Shown here: positions 41,058-50,316 of the stretch, piece by piece
Position numbering within the stretch: the stretch's first letter is position 1
Layout of the letters: every line of letters begins with the position of its first letter
Assembly: GCA_040756875.1 (NCBI GenBank)
Contig: JBFLYH010000002.1
Span: 991,078 to 1,055,077, forward strand
Length of the DNA stretch: 64,000 nt
Direction of reading: 5' to 3'
From: a candidate division FCPU426 bacterium
GTDB lineage: Bacteria; Oederibacteriota; JAAXVQ01; JAUVAV01
The notes under the pieces: generated by a model
The model's input: only the letters and a program-made list of their open reading frames with translations
What the model was told of the DNA's origin: nothing
Databases searched by the model: none
Program-made: the position numbers and the translations under genes

Positions 41058-41088
41058 ACCCCTCCCCAGGCATTATGGTGGGAGGGGT
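41058..41088. repeat. CCCCTCCC/GGGAGGGG palindromic repeat
   Basis: ACCCCTCCC-13nt-GGGAGGGGT directly after stop codon. Confidence 0.55.
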
Positions 41089-41185
41089 TAGAGGAGGAGA
41101 GTAACTGATGAAAATGGATATGCTCAAATTTAATTATGCATGGAAAATTTGGGCAACCCGGTCTAAATAAGCAGGAAGATAATCA

Positions 41186-41298
41186 TTCCCCCTCGCCCCG
41201 CGGGAGCGGGGAGAGGGTGGGGTGAGGGGTACAACTAATAAATCTGGGGATGACCCTCACCCTAGCCCTCTCCCTATTAGTAAGCAGGGAGAGGGGAA
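41186..41298. repeat. Inverted doublet of REP-like units (REPIN-like) upstream of the giant ORF
   Basis: CCCCTCGCCCC...GGGGAGAGGGTGGGGTGAGGG followed by the inverted unit CCCTCACCCTAGCCCTCTCCC...GGGAGAGGGG. Confidence 0.7.
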
Positions 41299-41324
41299 GC
41301 GTTGTCTAAGATCCGGGAGATGGC

Positions 41325-44300
41325 ATGGTACTGCGCAAGCGGCAAAGCTCCATAACCCTGTTGCTTTCCTTATTATTAGTCATACCGCCCGGTACGCTGC
41401 AAGCCAAGAGCCAGCCCGAACCAACCGAGCCTTCCACCCGCCCTGAGCGCCTGACTCCCGAAATCGTCGTCCTGGTGCCGGATGTGCTGGATTCGGCCAA
41501 GACCTTAGCCAATGCCAGGCAGCGGTTGATCAAACGCGGCTTGAAATCCCGGGACGTGGTCGTGACCGCTGAACAGCCGGGGTTCAGTCGTTCGGGCGGG
41601 TTGGACCAGCAGGCGCGGCAGCTGGAAAAAATCCTGATTGATCTGAAAATCCGTCAGCCAAGCGCACGGTTGCACGTGGTCGGCAAGGGCAGCGGCGGCT
41701 TGGTGGTCCGGCAGTACCTGGCGAGGCAGGCGGGCCTCGGGCCACAGGCAGTGACCGTGGAAAGCGCGGTCGGCTTGGGCGTGCCGCACCACGGCCGCTG
41801 GTGGGCGGGCGTGGCCAGCAGCCTGGGCGCCAAGTCGCAGGCCCTGGCTGACCTGGCGCCGGGTTCTGCGTTTTTAAACCAGCTTAACCAGCCCATTGAA
41901 GCGCGCCGGGCCGAGGTCAGGCGCGTGCAGGGTGTGCTGGCCAGCCTGCGCCAGCCGAACCTGCGGGCCCAGGTCCGGGGCAAACTGTCAGCCATTGAAA
42001 GCCAGCAGGCGGACATACGCGAATCCGTGGAGCGGGCTCTGCACTTTCCACAGCGCGCCGCTTTGAGTCCTGATGACCAGAAACGCCGCCAGGAAGCGGA
42101 ACGGTTCAAGGCGAAACTCAACCGCCTTCCGGCCGCGGAAGCGCGGCACCAAGCCGCGTCCCTGGCCGCTGCCAGCCAGCGCCAGGTTCTGGCCGCGGAA
42201 AAATTCGCAGGACAATCCCTCCCTTGGCAGGCGCCGGCCCGGCAATCAACCCGTACGGCCGAAGAGGCCCTGGTTCGCGCCCAACAAACCCTGCTGGAAA
42301 AACTGTCCCAGCCCCAGGCCAAGTTGCCGGCCGGATTCCAGCCGCCGAAGACCCAAGCCCAGCCAGGGCAATGGCTTTCCGTTTTGCAGGCCCTGGAGCA
42401 CAGCAGCCAGGCTGCGGCTGAAAAAGCCGCCAGCCAGGCTGGCGGCCTGCAAAAACAATTCGCGTCCCTGGATTTCGAAGGGCTCGAAGCCCGTTTAAAA
42501 AACGCCGGCACGGAGGCAGCGGGGCGCCTGCCTGCCGACTTGCTGCAACTCAAGCCCCAGCACATGGCCAGGGACCTGGAGCGCGCCGCGCGCAAATATG
42601 AAACCGCGGCTGCGTTGGAAGCTGCCTGGCGGCAGAGCCAGGCCGGCAAAGAGCAGTGGCTCGATCAAGTGGAGCGGTTGACCCAGGTCGCGGCCAAACA
42701 GCAACTGGCCCGGGACCTGGCGGCGTACGCCGCAAAGGCCGGACTTGCGCCGGCCCGGCTGCGCGCCGGGGCGGCTGAGGCAGGGGATTTGCCCGAGCGC
42801 GCCCAGGCCGCGTACCGCGCGTGGCGCCAGAAGGAAGCCGCCCTGGACCAGGCTTTTGCCGCGGCCAAGGAACAGGGGTTGGAAACAATCGTCAAACCCG
42901 AGTTTTGGAAACTGCGCGAGCGGACGGCCCAGGTGGCTGAGCGCACCCACCAGGCGATTGCGCGCGACAGCCTAAAAGCCTGGGAAGGACTGGCAGCCCT
43001 GCGCCTGGGGCCCGCGGCCAAGGAACAGGCCATGTTCGCCCAGGCCACTGAGCACCGCCTTAACCGCGAACTGGCAGCCTGGAAGCAGGAACTGCTGAAG
43101 CCGGATTGGGAAGCGCGCTTTTCGCAGGCTGCCTCGGCCCTGAACCGCAGCCTGCCGGCGGCAGAACAGGCCGGAGCCTTGAAGCAGGCTTTAGTACAGC
43201 AGGCAGGCGCTTTGCAGTCGGCTTTGGCCGCTGTTCGTTCCGACCTGGCGGCGCGTGAGCGGCAAAGCGCCTGGGAGCGGTTGGCAGCTGACAGCCGACA
43301 GGCAGCTGCGCAGTTGCTGCAGCAACAAGCGGATCATGGCTTCGTGGCCGACGCCCTGGCTGCCGGCAATTTCCTGGCCGCCGGCAGAAAACAGGAACAG
43401 CAACGCCTGCTGGACCTGGTCAGGCAGAATGATCCGGCTGCCAGCCGTCAGGTGGCGGTGCTGGCCCAATTGGCGCTTCAGCGCCACGGGCTGCAGTCCA
43501 GGCTGCTGGAGACCGGCGGCCTGGATGCAGGGCCTGCCCCGCAGTTGCTGGAGCGGATCGCCGGGCAAGCCAAGGCCCTGGGGCTGAAGACCGCCCTGCC
43601 ACCCAAAGCAATGGAGCACCTGGCCCAGGCCCAGGAGGAGCGGCAAAACCGCTGGAAACAACTGAACACCAGCTGGAAGCGGCAGTGGTCGCAGGCTGTC
43701 CAGGAGGACCGCGAACGCAACCAGCCGGCCAAAGCCTGGTCAGCCTGCCAGGAGACAGTTGCCGTCAGCCGCAGCCTGGCTGTGCTGGAAGACTGCTCGG
43801 CCGCGCTTTCGCAAATGAAATCCTGGCGGGATATGGGAACCCAAGCCTCGGGCCAGCAAGGCCGCTGCCAGGTCCTGGAGCAGCAGTTGTCCGCTTGGCT
43901 GCAAACGTCCGGACTTGGCAGCCGGATCCCGGCCGTGCAATCAGCCGCAGCCGCGGCCCAGGAAAAATTTGCGCCCGCGGCCTGGCAAGCCATTCTCAGC
44001 CAGTGCGGCCAGAAGCAGGAACAGGCAAGCGCCAGACTGCAAAACTTGAGGCGCGAACTGGCCAGGCAGCCTGAATGGATTTTGCCGCAAGTCGCCGGAG
44101 TGTCGGAACAGCTGGCTCAGGCAGCCCAGGACCCCAGCCGGATCAAGGGCTTGTTGCTCGAAATTTCCGGCTTGCGCGAGCAAACCCAAAAACACCTGAC
44201 ACAGGCGCGGGAACAAACCCTGGAGGCGCTCTGGCCCGGACAGGGCAAGGGGAAAGCTTCGGCCCTGGGCCAGGAGTTGAATCAAGTTTTATCCAGCCTG

Positions 44301-47300
44301 CAGGACTACCGCCAGTTGAGCCGGATGAATGCCCAGGCTGATACCCTGCAAGACCTGCTGTCAGCGAAAGCGCTGTTGTGGCAGCAACAGAATCTGCAAG
44401 CCCAAGGGCTCGGAGCGGTCAAGACCCTCGAATCCCTGCTCGCCCAAACAGCCGGAATCCCGGGCAAACCCTCCGGGCAAGTCTTCAGCCAGATCACCGC
44501 CACCCTGAGCCTGATGCAAAAGCTGACTGCCAACCAGATGCAATCCGCGGGATTGCTGCCAGGCCTTATGGATCGGGAGTGCGGGATGCCGGCCAAAGCC
44601 GCGCTCCAAAAAGAATGGAGAGCCTGGCTGGACGGGCAGTTTTCCGCCCAGCAAGGCTTGGATTGGGCCGGCGGGCAGCTTCAATTAAGCACAGTGCTGT
44701 CAAACCCAGGGGCAGGCTGGCGGCAACAGACCAACGCCCTGGCCACTGGCATGCTGGAGAATCTGGTGGACCAGGCGGCTGAGCGCCAGATCAGCCTGGG
44801 CCTGGCTGAAGTGCAGCGCTTGAGCAACGAGGCGCGGGAACTGCTTTCAGCGCCTGTGCGCCAATTGCGCGCCGAACTGGGGCAATTGGGGCTGTTGGAC
44901 CCAAGGCAGGATCAGGGGCCGGGCCTGAGTATCGTGTCCTGGGCGCAGCATTTCGTGCAGCAGGGCGTGGCCCAGGGCGTGGCGCAGGCCCTGGCCAGCC
45001 TGGAGCGGACGCAGGCCCAGTTCAGCAACCGCCTGGAGCGGGGCCTGCTGGAACTCGCGCGCGCCCAGGCCACCATGGCGATCAATGCCCTGAGCGGCCA
45101 ATACGCGGGCCTGGCCGTTGAGGTGAAGCGCCTGTGGGAGGGCGTTGGGCCTGAGGCCGGCGAAGCGTTGAACCTGCAGGGATTGCTGAACGTGGCCCAG
45201 GACCAGGAGTTTCTGCAAACCTGGCAGGAAGATATCTTCAGCAAACTGGTGGCGGAGAATCCCTTGCAGGCTGACCTGGGACGGCTGGGCCAGGTTGCCT
45301 CCTCGCTTCAGGCTTTGATCGACCAGCCGGCCAGCCAGCTCGGCGACTGGCTGGTGAGGAGCGGAGTGAACCTGGGCGTGGAGCGGCTGCAGTCCCTGCA
45401 GGCCGAAGCCCAGAAGCTGCTGCACGAGGCTATGACCACGGGCGCGGTCAACGAGCTGCGGACGCGCCTGAATGCCGTTCTGCTCAAGTTGGACCAGGAA
45501 GCAGGCCGCTTGAGCCGTTATCTGGACCAGACCCTGGCCAAGCTTCCGTCCGGAGTGGTTCCCGCGGGCTTGCGGGACGCGCTGCGGGAATTGCGCGACC
45601 TGCCCGGCACCCTGGCTGCCGGGATCGACGGCCTCATGCAGGACGTGGAGAGTTACCTTGCCAACCAGGTGCTGCAGTCCGGATTTGACCGCCTGAACGC
45701 CATGCTCAACCAGTACGGCGGACAGGCGTCCTTGTGGGCCGTGGGCGCCAGGCTGCAATTGTCGCTGACCGAGATTTCCAGCCTGGGCCAAACCGCGGTG
45801 GCGCAGTTGGAAGTGTCCCTCGCGGATCTGGGGACCGGAAATCTGACCGGTTTGTGGGAAAACGTGGCAGCCGGGCTCTCGGATTTCGGCGGGAACCTTC
45901 TGAACCTGCTGCAGGATTTCGTGGCTAGCGCGAGCCCGGTGGATTTGGGCGGGTTTCTCAACATCACGGGCCTGGCTGATTCGCTGTGGGCCTCGGCCGG
46001 CGAAGTGCTGGGGCAATTCACGGGCCTGTTCGAGCTACAGGTGCCAATGGCCGGCGATTGGTGGCAGGCAGACGAGCTGTGGCAGCAGTTGTCCGGCATT
46101 TTCAATGCGGAGAACTGGCAGCTTGATTTCTATCAGGCTGCGGACGGGTTCCTGCGCAATATCAGCGAAAACCTGGAAAACCTGCTCAACTCGGGTCTGG
46201 CCTGGGTGAACGACCGCTGGACAGAATACATGAACCAGGCGCGGGAATACTGGGACATCCTGGCCGGCGGGCCTGGCCGGTGGTGGGATGAACTGGCCAG
46301 CGGCCGCTGGGACCAGAGCCTGGGCAACCTGATGACGCAATACCTGCCGCCTGAATACCAGCCTGCTGTGAGCGCCCTGCAGCAGGTGCGCCTGGCGTTC
46401 AACGCGGACTTTCAGCTGAGCGCGGAGTGGATTACGAACATTTTGGACAACTTAAGCGCCTACCTGAGCGAGGACGCGCGGGCCGTGTACCAGCAGGTGC
46501 GCGAGTTATATGATACGGGCAGCGAATATTATTCCGCTGGCAGCGACATCCTCAACGCCATTTCGAGCGGGGATGTCACCAGCGTGCTGACCAACATCAG
46601 CCGCCTGGGCAGGTTTCATTTCAACACCGGCGGACAGATGTACCAGTGGGGCAAAGGCCGGGCCAATAAAAAAGGGAAGTACGACGGCCAGGCCCTGTCG
46701 GCTGCCAGCGAGGAAGAAGTGCTGGCAGCGTACGTCAATGCCCTCCCAGCCAGCATGCGCGAACAGGCCCTGCGGATGCTGGAAAACGGAACCCTGCCCG
46801 GCAGTAATCCCGAACGCGAAATCGACGTCGCGGACTACGACCCGGACGTGGACGGCCAGCCAGCTGGCCCGGCAGCCTATGAAGCCGCCCAGGAAGCTGA
46901 CGCGTCTGCCACTTTGCCAGATGTAGCAGCCGCATCCGCTTCGGATCGTCACCCCGGCGTGCCTGAAGCCGGGGTCCAGGAGCAAACTCCCCCCCGCAGG
47001 TCCCCCTCTTTGCCAAAGAGGGGGCGGGGGGAGTTGGATAGTGGCTTAGGCGGGAACGACAGTCAAGGCTCAACAACCGATGAGGGTGATGCTTCTGCTG
47101 CCGGCACCCAGCCAGGCGGTGAAGGCGAATCCGGCCCCCCAGACCTCGGCCCGCCGCGCATGTCCGGCGTGCCCACCCCGCCGCCTGTAAAGCAGAGCTT
47201 GTTGGATAAGATGAAAAATGTATACACCAACCTAAATCCAGTTGGATTATCCAAGAACGCCGCCCAGGCTGCCGCACCCGATGGGGCTAAAAAGGTGTCG

Positions 47301-48104
47301 AAGAAAGCTAAAGAAGCTTTGAAAAAAGCAGCCGATAAAACAGCAACTATGGCTAAAAATGCCAAAGATAATCTGGGTATGACGGTAGATGCTTTCAATA
47401 ATACCAAGGGTTTGGATAAAAAAACCAGAATAGCTCAGGGTGTTGGGACAGGGGTGTTGTCAGGGGATTTATTGGACAATCCCGACCCTGCTTCATCTGA
47501 ATTCGATCCAGATGGCCCGGCTATTTTATATATCAATGGGATGAGAACGCCGAATGATAAAGCTGAAAAAGATCAAAAAGCTTTATTTGATAAATGTGGC
47601 TATAAAGTTGCGCGGGTTCAAAACAACTCAAGTTTGGAAGGCGCAGGCGACATTGCTCAAATAGCTGGTCAAGAACAGGGCAACATTGATATCACGGCAA
47701 TTCGCACGGCAGCTATGATTCGGAAAGGGCTTGAAAACCGTGATGAAATTTATGTGGTTGCGCACAGTCAGGGTACCAAAACATTTGAACAGGCATTGGC
47801 GCTATTAACCCCCGAAGAACGTAAGAAAATCAAGTTTCAAGGGTTTGGGGGAGAGCAGTATATTGATAAAAATAAATATGGATTGGCAAGTGCCCGTAAT
47901 GTGCGGCATGAAAAAGACCCTGTGCCAAAAGTCAATGACGCAAGGATAGGTAACAAAGATTGGGAAACCCTCGGGCATCAACCTGAAGTGAAACCGGGGA
48001 CAGAACCTGGGATTCTGGATTATCATGATTTTCGAAAGACTTATGTGGATAGCGTCGAATTGCCCGTTAATACGAACGCAACACGAAAGGAAGATGACCA
48101 ATGA
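41325..48104 (+). CDS. Giant secreted protein (2259 aa): pseudo alpha/beta-hydrolase, long helical stalk, C-terminal lipase-like domain; candidate polymorphic toxin
   Basis: Signal peptide; LHVVGKGSGGLVVRQY, LG.PHHG, LAPGS.FL..LN at N-terminus; Q/A/L-rich helical middle; C-terminal YINGM, VVAHSQG, DPVP, YHDF. Confidence 0.75.
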   Translation: MVLRKRQSSITLLLSLLLVIPPGTLQAKSQPEPTEPSTRPERLTPEIVVLVPDVLDSAKTLANARQRLIKRGLKSRDVVVTAEQPGFSRSGGLDQQARQLEKILIDLKIRQPSARLHVVGKGSGGLVVRQYLARQAGLGPQAVTVESAVGLGVPHHGRWWAGVASSLGAKSQALADLAPGSAFLNQLNQPIEARRAEVRRVQGVLASLRQPNLRAQVRGKLSAIESQQADIRESVERALHFPQRAALSPDDQKRRQEAERFKAKLNRLPAAEARHQAASLAAASQRQVLAAEKFAGQSLPWQAPARQSTRTAEEALVRAQQTLLEKLSQPQAKLPAGFQPPKTQAQPGQWLSVLQALEHSSQAAAEKAASQAGGLQKQFASLDFEGLEARLKNAGTEAAGRLPADLLQLKPQHMARDLERAARKYETAAALEAAWRQSQAGKEQWLDQVERLTQVAAKQQLARDLAAYAAKAGLAPARLRAGAAEAGDLPERAQAAYRAWRQKEAALDQAFAAAKEQGLETIVKPEFWKLRERTAQVAERTHQAIARDSLKAWEGLAALRLGPAAKEQAMFAQATEHRLNRELAAWKQELLKPDWEARFSQAASALNRSLPAAEQAGALKQALVQQAGALQSALAAVRSDLAARERQSAWERLAADSRQAAAQLLQQQADHGFVADALAAGNFLAAGRKQEQQRLLDLVRQNDPAASRQVAVLAQLALQRHGLQSRLLETGGLDAGPAPQLLERIAGQAKALGLKTALPPKAMEHLAQAQEERQNRWKQLNTSWKRQWSQAVQEDRERNQPAKAWSACQETVAVSRSLAVLEDCSAALSQMKSWRDMGTQASGQQGRCQVLEQQLSAWLQTSGLGSRIPAVQSAAAAAQEKFAPAAWQAILSQCGQKQEQASARLQNLRRELARQPEWILPQVAGVSEQLAQAAQDPSRIKGLLLEISGLREQTQKHLTQAREQTLEALWPGQGKGKASALGQELNQVLSSLQDYRQLSRMNAQADTLQDLLSAKALLWQQQNLQAQGLGAVKTLESLLAQTAGIPGKPSGQVFSQITATLSLMQKLTANQMQSAGLLPGLMDRECGMPAKAALQKEWRAWLDGQFSAQQGLDWAGGQLQLSTVLSNPGAGWRQQTNALATGMLENLVDQAAERQISLGLAEVQRLSNEARELLSAPVRQLRAELGQLGLLDPRQDQGPGLSIVSWAQHFVQQGVAQGVAQALASLERTQAQFSNRLERGLLELARAQATMAINALSGQYAGLAVEVKRLWEGVGPEAGEALNLQGLLNVAQDQEFLQTWQEDIFSKLVAENPLQADLGRLGQVASSLQALIDQPASQLGDWLVRSGVNLGVERLQSLQAEAQKLLHEAMTTGAVNELRTRLNAVLLKLDQEAGRLSRYLDQTLAKLPSGVVPAGLRDALRELRDLPGTLAAGIDGLMQDVESYLANQVLQSGFDRLNAMLNQYGGQASLWAVGARLQLSLTEISSLGQTAVAQLEVSLADLGTGNLTGLWENVAAGLSDFGGNLLNLLQDFVASASPVDLGGFLNITGLADSLWASAGEVLGQFTGLFELQVPMAGDWWQADELWQQLSGIFNAENWQLDFYQAADGFLRNISENLENLLNSGLAWVNDRWTEYMNQAREYWDILAGGPGRWWDELASGRWDQSLGNLMTQYLPPEYQPAVSALQQVRLAFNADFQLSAEWITNILDNLSAYLSEDARAVYQQVRELYDTGSEYYSAGSDILNAISSGDVTSVLTNISRLGRFHFNTGGQMYQWGKGRANKKGKYDGQALSAASEEEVLAAYVNALPASMREQALRMLENGTLPGSNPEREIDVADYDPDVDGQPAGPAAYEAAQEADASATLPDVAAASASDRHPGVPEAGVQEQTPPRRSPSLPKRGRGELDSGLGGNDSQGSTTDEGDASAAGTQPGGEGESGPPDLGPPRMSGVPTPPPVKQSLLDKMKNVYTNLNPVGLSKNAAQAAAPDGAKKVSKKAKEALKKAADKTATMAKNAKDNLGMTVDAFNNTKGLDKKTRIAQGVGTGVLSGDLLDNPDPASSEFDPDGPAILYINGMRTPNDKAEKDQKALFDKCGYKVARVQNNSSLEGAGDIAQIAGQEQGNIDITAIRTAAMIRKGLENRDEIYVVAHSQGTKTFEQALALLTPEERKKIKFQGFGGEQYIDKNKYGLASARNVRHEKDPVPKVNDARIGNKDWETLGHQPEVKPGTEPGILDYHDFRKTYVDSVELPVNTNATRKEDDQ
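46985..47035. repeat. REP-like hairpin embedded in frame in the giant ORF
   Basis: AACTCCCCCCCG...CCCCCTCTTT-GCC-AAAGAGGGGG-CGGGGGGAGTT. Confidence 0.6.
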
Positions 48105-48601
48105 CCACCGAAAAAAAACTTGCTATAGTTGGGATAGTTGCCCTATGCGGGCTTATAGTATTTCAAATATGGTCACATGGCACAACCAAGACTATTAATG
48201 ATGATCCAATATACGGGAAATTAGTTGGAAAAACATATGAAACAAGAACAGATTTGTATTTATCTCAAGATCGCCAGTCTGCCAATTATTCAATTAAAAT
48301 TCCGGGAGTCTTATATCCTGAAATAAAAGAAATAAAAGAGTATCCGCATGGTACTGCGCACAATATTATTCACAAATTAATTCCTTCTAAAACTAGAATT
48401 AAAATTAGCAATGTTGTTTTAACTAACGTGCCTTTCCGAGGGACAGACCTCTGGCTGAAAGCCAGATTTGAAGACTCAAGCATTTATGAAGGAGAAGTTG
48501 ATGCTACATTTATCTCCGACTTTAGCAGCTATCACGAAAAAATGGATTCCAAATACGTCACCGAAATCACGCCTGAGGGGGAACCGGTTAATGCCAAATA
48601 A
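48101..48601 (+). CDS. Small N-terminally anchored protein, candidate immunity protein
   Basis: ATGA overlap with giant ORF; AT-rich like the toxin tip; single N-terminal TM; no recognised family. Confidence 0.7.
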   Translation: MTTEKKLAIVGIVALCGLIVFQIWSHGTTKTINDDPIYGKLVGKTYETRTDLYLSQDRQSANYSIKIPGVLYPEIKEIKEYPHGTAHNIIHKLIPSKTRIKISNVVLTNVPFRGTDLWLKARFEDSSIYEGEVDATFISDFSSYHEKMDSKYVTEITPEGEPVNAK

Positions 48602-49532
48602 AACCAAAATATTCTTTGCCAGTCTTTGCTGCCTTATTCCTTTAACTGCCTGCTTGCAACAGGATAAAATAGTCAACAAGCTCGCTGGTATCTACGATGG
48701 CCTTAGTTACACTTCCCCTTATGGCTTCTTCTCCACGCACCTCAAGGATTGGGCAGATCTCAAAAGCGTAAAAGACGGCCAGGAAAACAACGGCGCCACA
48801 ATGGTGCTGAACTTTCAGGATAAATCCATGAACGAATATCAAATCGCAGCTTCTTTGGCTAATCCGGAGCTCAATGCCCACGACTTGGTCACCCGCATGG
48901 TGGCCAAAGGACAGGCAGAAGGCAAGAACGTGGTGGCAGCCACCACGGCTGACGGCGAGGAATGCCTGATGGCCCAATCCCTGCTGAAAGAAAAAGATTC
49001 AGACAAGGGCTATGCGCTGATGACGGTCATTTTTCTACGAAAAGGCACGATATTCGATTTAGGCATCAAAACCCACCCGGAAAAGGAACCGGAAAAAGCC
49101 GCGGAGTTGGCCAAACAGTGCTTCCGGGATCTATGGAACCGGTCGGCCTTGCGCGGGCAAGTGCAGGATTTTGAAAAATATCCCGAAGATATTGATCCCC
49201 GCGTGCCGGTGGTTACCCTGGCAGCCGGCCGGGTGGCTGTGGAAATGGGACTGGAAGCAGTGATTGAACGGGGCAAGAAGGCAATTGTCAGGATAATAGG
49301 CAAGGGCAGTGAAGGGCCGATGACCTTGAGCCTGGGCATTGCCGCCAAAGAGAACGAAATCATCACGACTGAAGCAGTATCCAGCAAAGCCAATGACATG
49401 AAGACCGTAAGCCAGATGCAGAGCGAGTTCTATCGCAAATTCGGCGAAGCAGTTGCTGCCGAGCAACTCACTATAAACCGTTCCAATGCCTTTGACCCGG
49501 ACCTTGCGCAATTGCCGGTAAAGGGGAAATAG
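48591..49532 (+). CDS. Hypothetical lipoprotein
   Basis: SD GAGGGG; lipobox LTAC; overlaps previous gene by 11 nt. Confidence 0.7.
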   Translation: MPNKTKIFFASLCCLIPLTACLQQDKIVNKLAGIYDGLSYTSPYGFFSTHLKDWADLKSVKDGQENNGATMVLNFQDKSMNEYQIAASLANPELNAHDLVTRMVAKGQAEGKNVVAATTADGEECLMAQSLLKEKDSDKGYALMTVIFLRKGTIFDLGIKTHPEKEPEKAAELAKQCFRDLWNRSALRGQVQDFEKYPEDIDPRVPVVTLAAGRVAVEMGLEAVIERGKKAIVRIIGKGSEGPMTLSLGIAAKENEIITTEAVSSKANDMKTVSQMQSEFYRKFGEAVAAEQLTINRSNAFDPDLAQLPVKGK

Positions 49533-49624
49533 GGCCGGTTTTGTATGACAATTACAGCACTGAATGAGATAAAATAAACTCAATTTTATTCGCTGCTGCA
49601 AGTCAAAATGATATCCTTCAAAGG

Positions 49625-50218
49625 ATGATGATTATGCCGAGAAAAACCATTGTGGTTTTTATAATGGCCTTTTTTACATCTTTCCCGCTCCATGCCGCCA
49701 CTTCCGACCAGCATGGTCTGGAGCCAGTGGTTGTCAATGCCGGGGGATCGACCCTTTCCGGCAATGGCCGGCAGTTACTGGATTCCATAGGCGAATCCAT
49801 TATTAACCAAACCTGGGGAAGCTCCTTCTCGATCCAAGCCGGTTTTTTCAGCGATTATTTTATTCTGCCTCCCACGCCGACCGTAACTCCCACGGTAACA
49901 GCCACCAGCACGCCCATACGCGGTTTTGGCGGAGAATTGCTGAGCGAATCATGGGTTTATGCCGCCCCCAATCCTATCCGGGGATTTCGCGCCAATATCG
50001 TCTATCACCTGGCTGAACCGGCGGAAGTGGAGATCAAGGTATTTACGGTCAACAATGACCTGGTTATTTCCAAGCATTGGGATAATGTTGCGGCTGGCGA
50101 AAACCATTGGTATTGGAACACCTCAGGAATATCCAATGGGGTATATTTGCTGTTGGTTAAAGCCAAGGGGCAGGGCAGGAGCACGATTATAAAGAAAAAA
50201 ATCGCATTAGTGCATTGA
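49625..50218 (+). CDS. Secreted protein with Pro/Thr linker and FlgD-Ig / T9SS-CTD-like C-terminal domain
   Basis: Signal peptide; VVNAGG...SIGE...QAGFF; PTPTVTPTVTATSTP; YAAPNP, I.Y.L, V.IKVFT, W.......GVY. Confidence 0.75.
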   Translation: MMIMPRKTIVVFIMAFFTSFPLHAATSDQHGLEPVVVNAGGSTLSGNGRQLLDSIGESIINQTWGSSFSIQAGFFSDYFILPPTPTVTPTVTATSTPIRGFGGELLSESWVYAAPNPIRGFRANIVYHLAEPAEVEIKVFTVNNDLVISKHWDNVAAGENHWYWNTSGISNGVYLLLVKAKGQGRSTIIKKKIALVH

Positions 50219-50225
50219 TATAATA

Positions 50226-50255
50226 ATTCCCCTCCTGTCCAGCAGGGAGGGGAAT
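50226..50255. repeat. CCCCTCC/GGAGGGG hairpin (repeat or terminator-like)
   Basis: ATTCCCCTCC-10nt-GGAGGGGAAT. Confidence 0.55.
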
Positions 50256-50316
50256 GTAGAAGAAAGGGAAGGGGCCAAGTACGTAAACCATTTGTAGTTT
50301 AAACAGGAGGCGGGAA

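Noticed and set aside
41900-46600. Giant helical region as a phage tape-measure protein or prophage
   Set aside because: The protein has a Sec signal peptide, and no capsid, terminase, tail-tube, baseplate or integrase genes are nearby.
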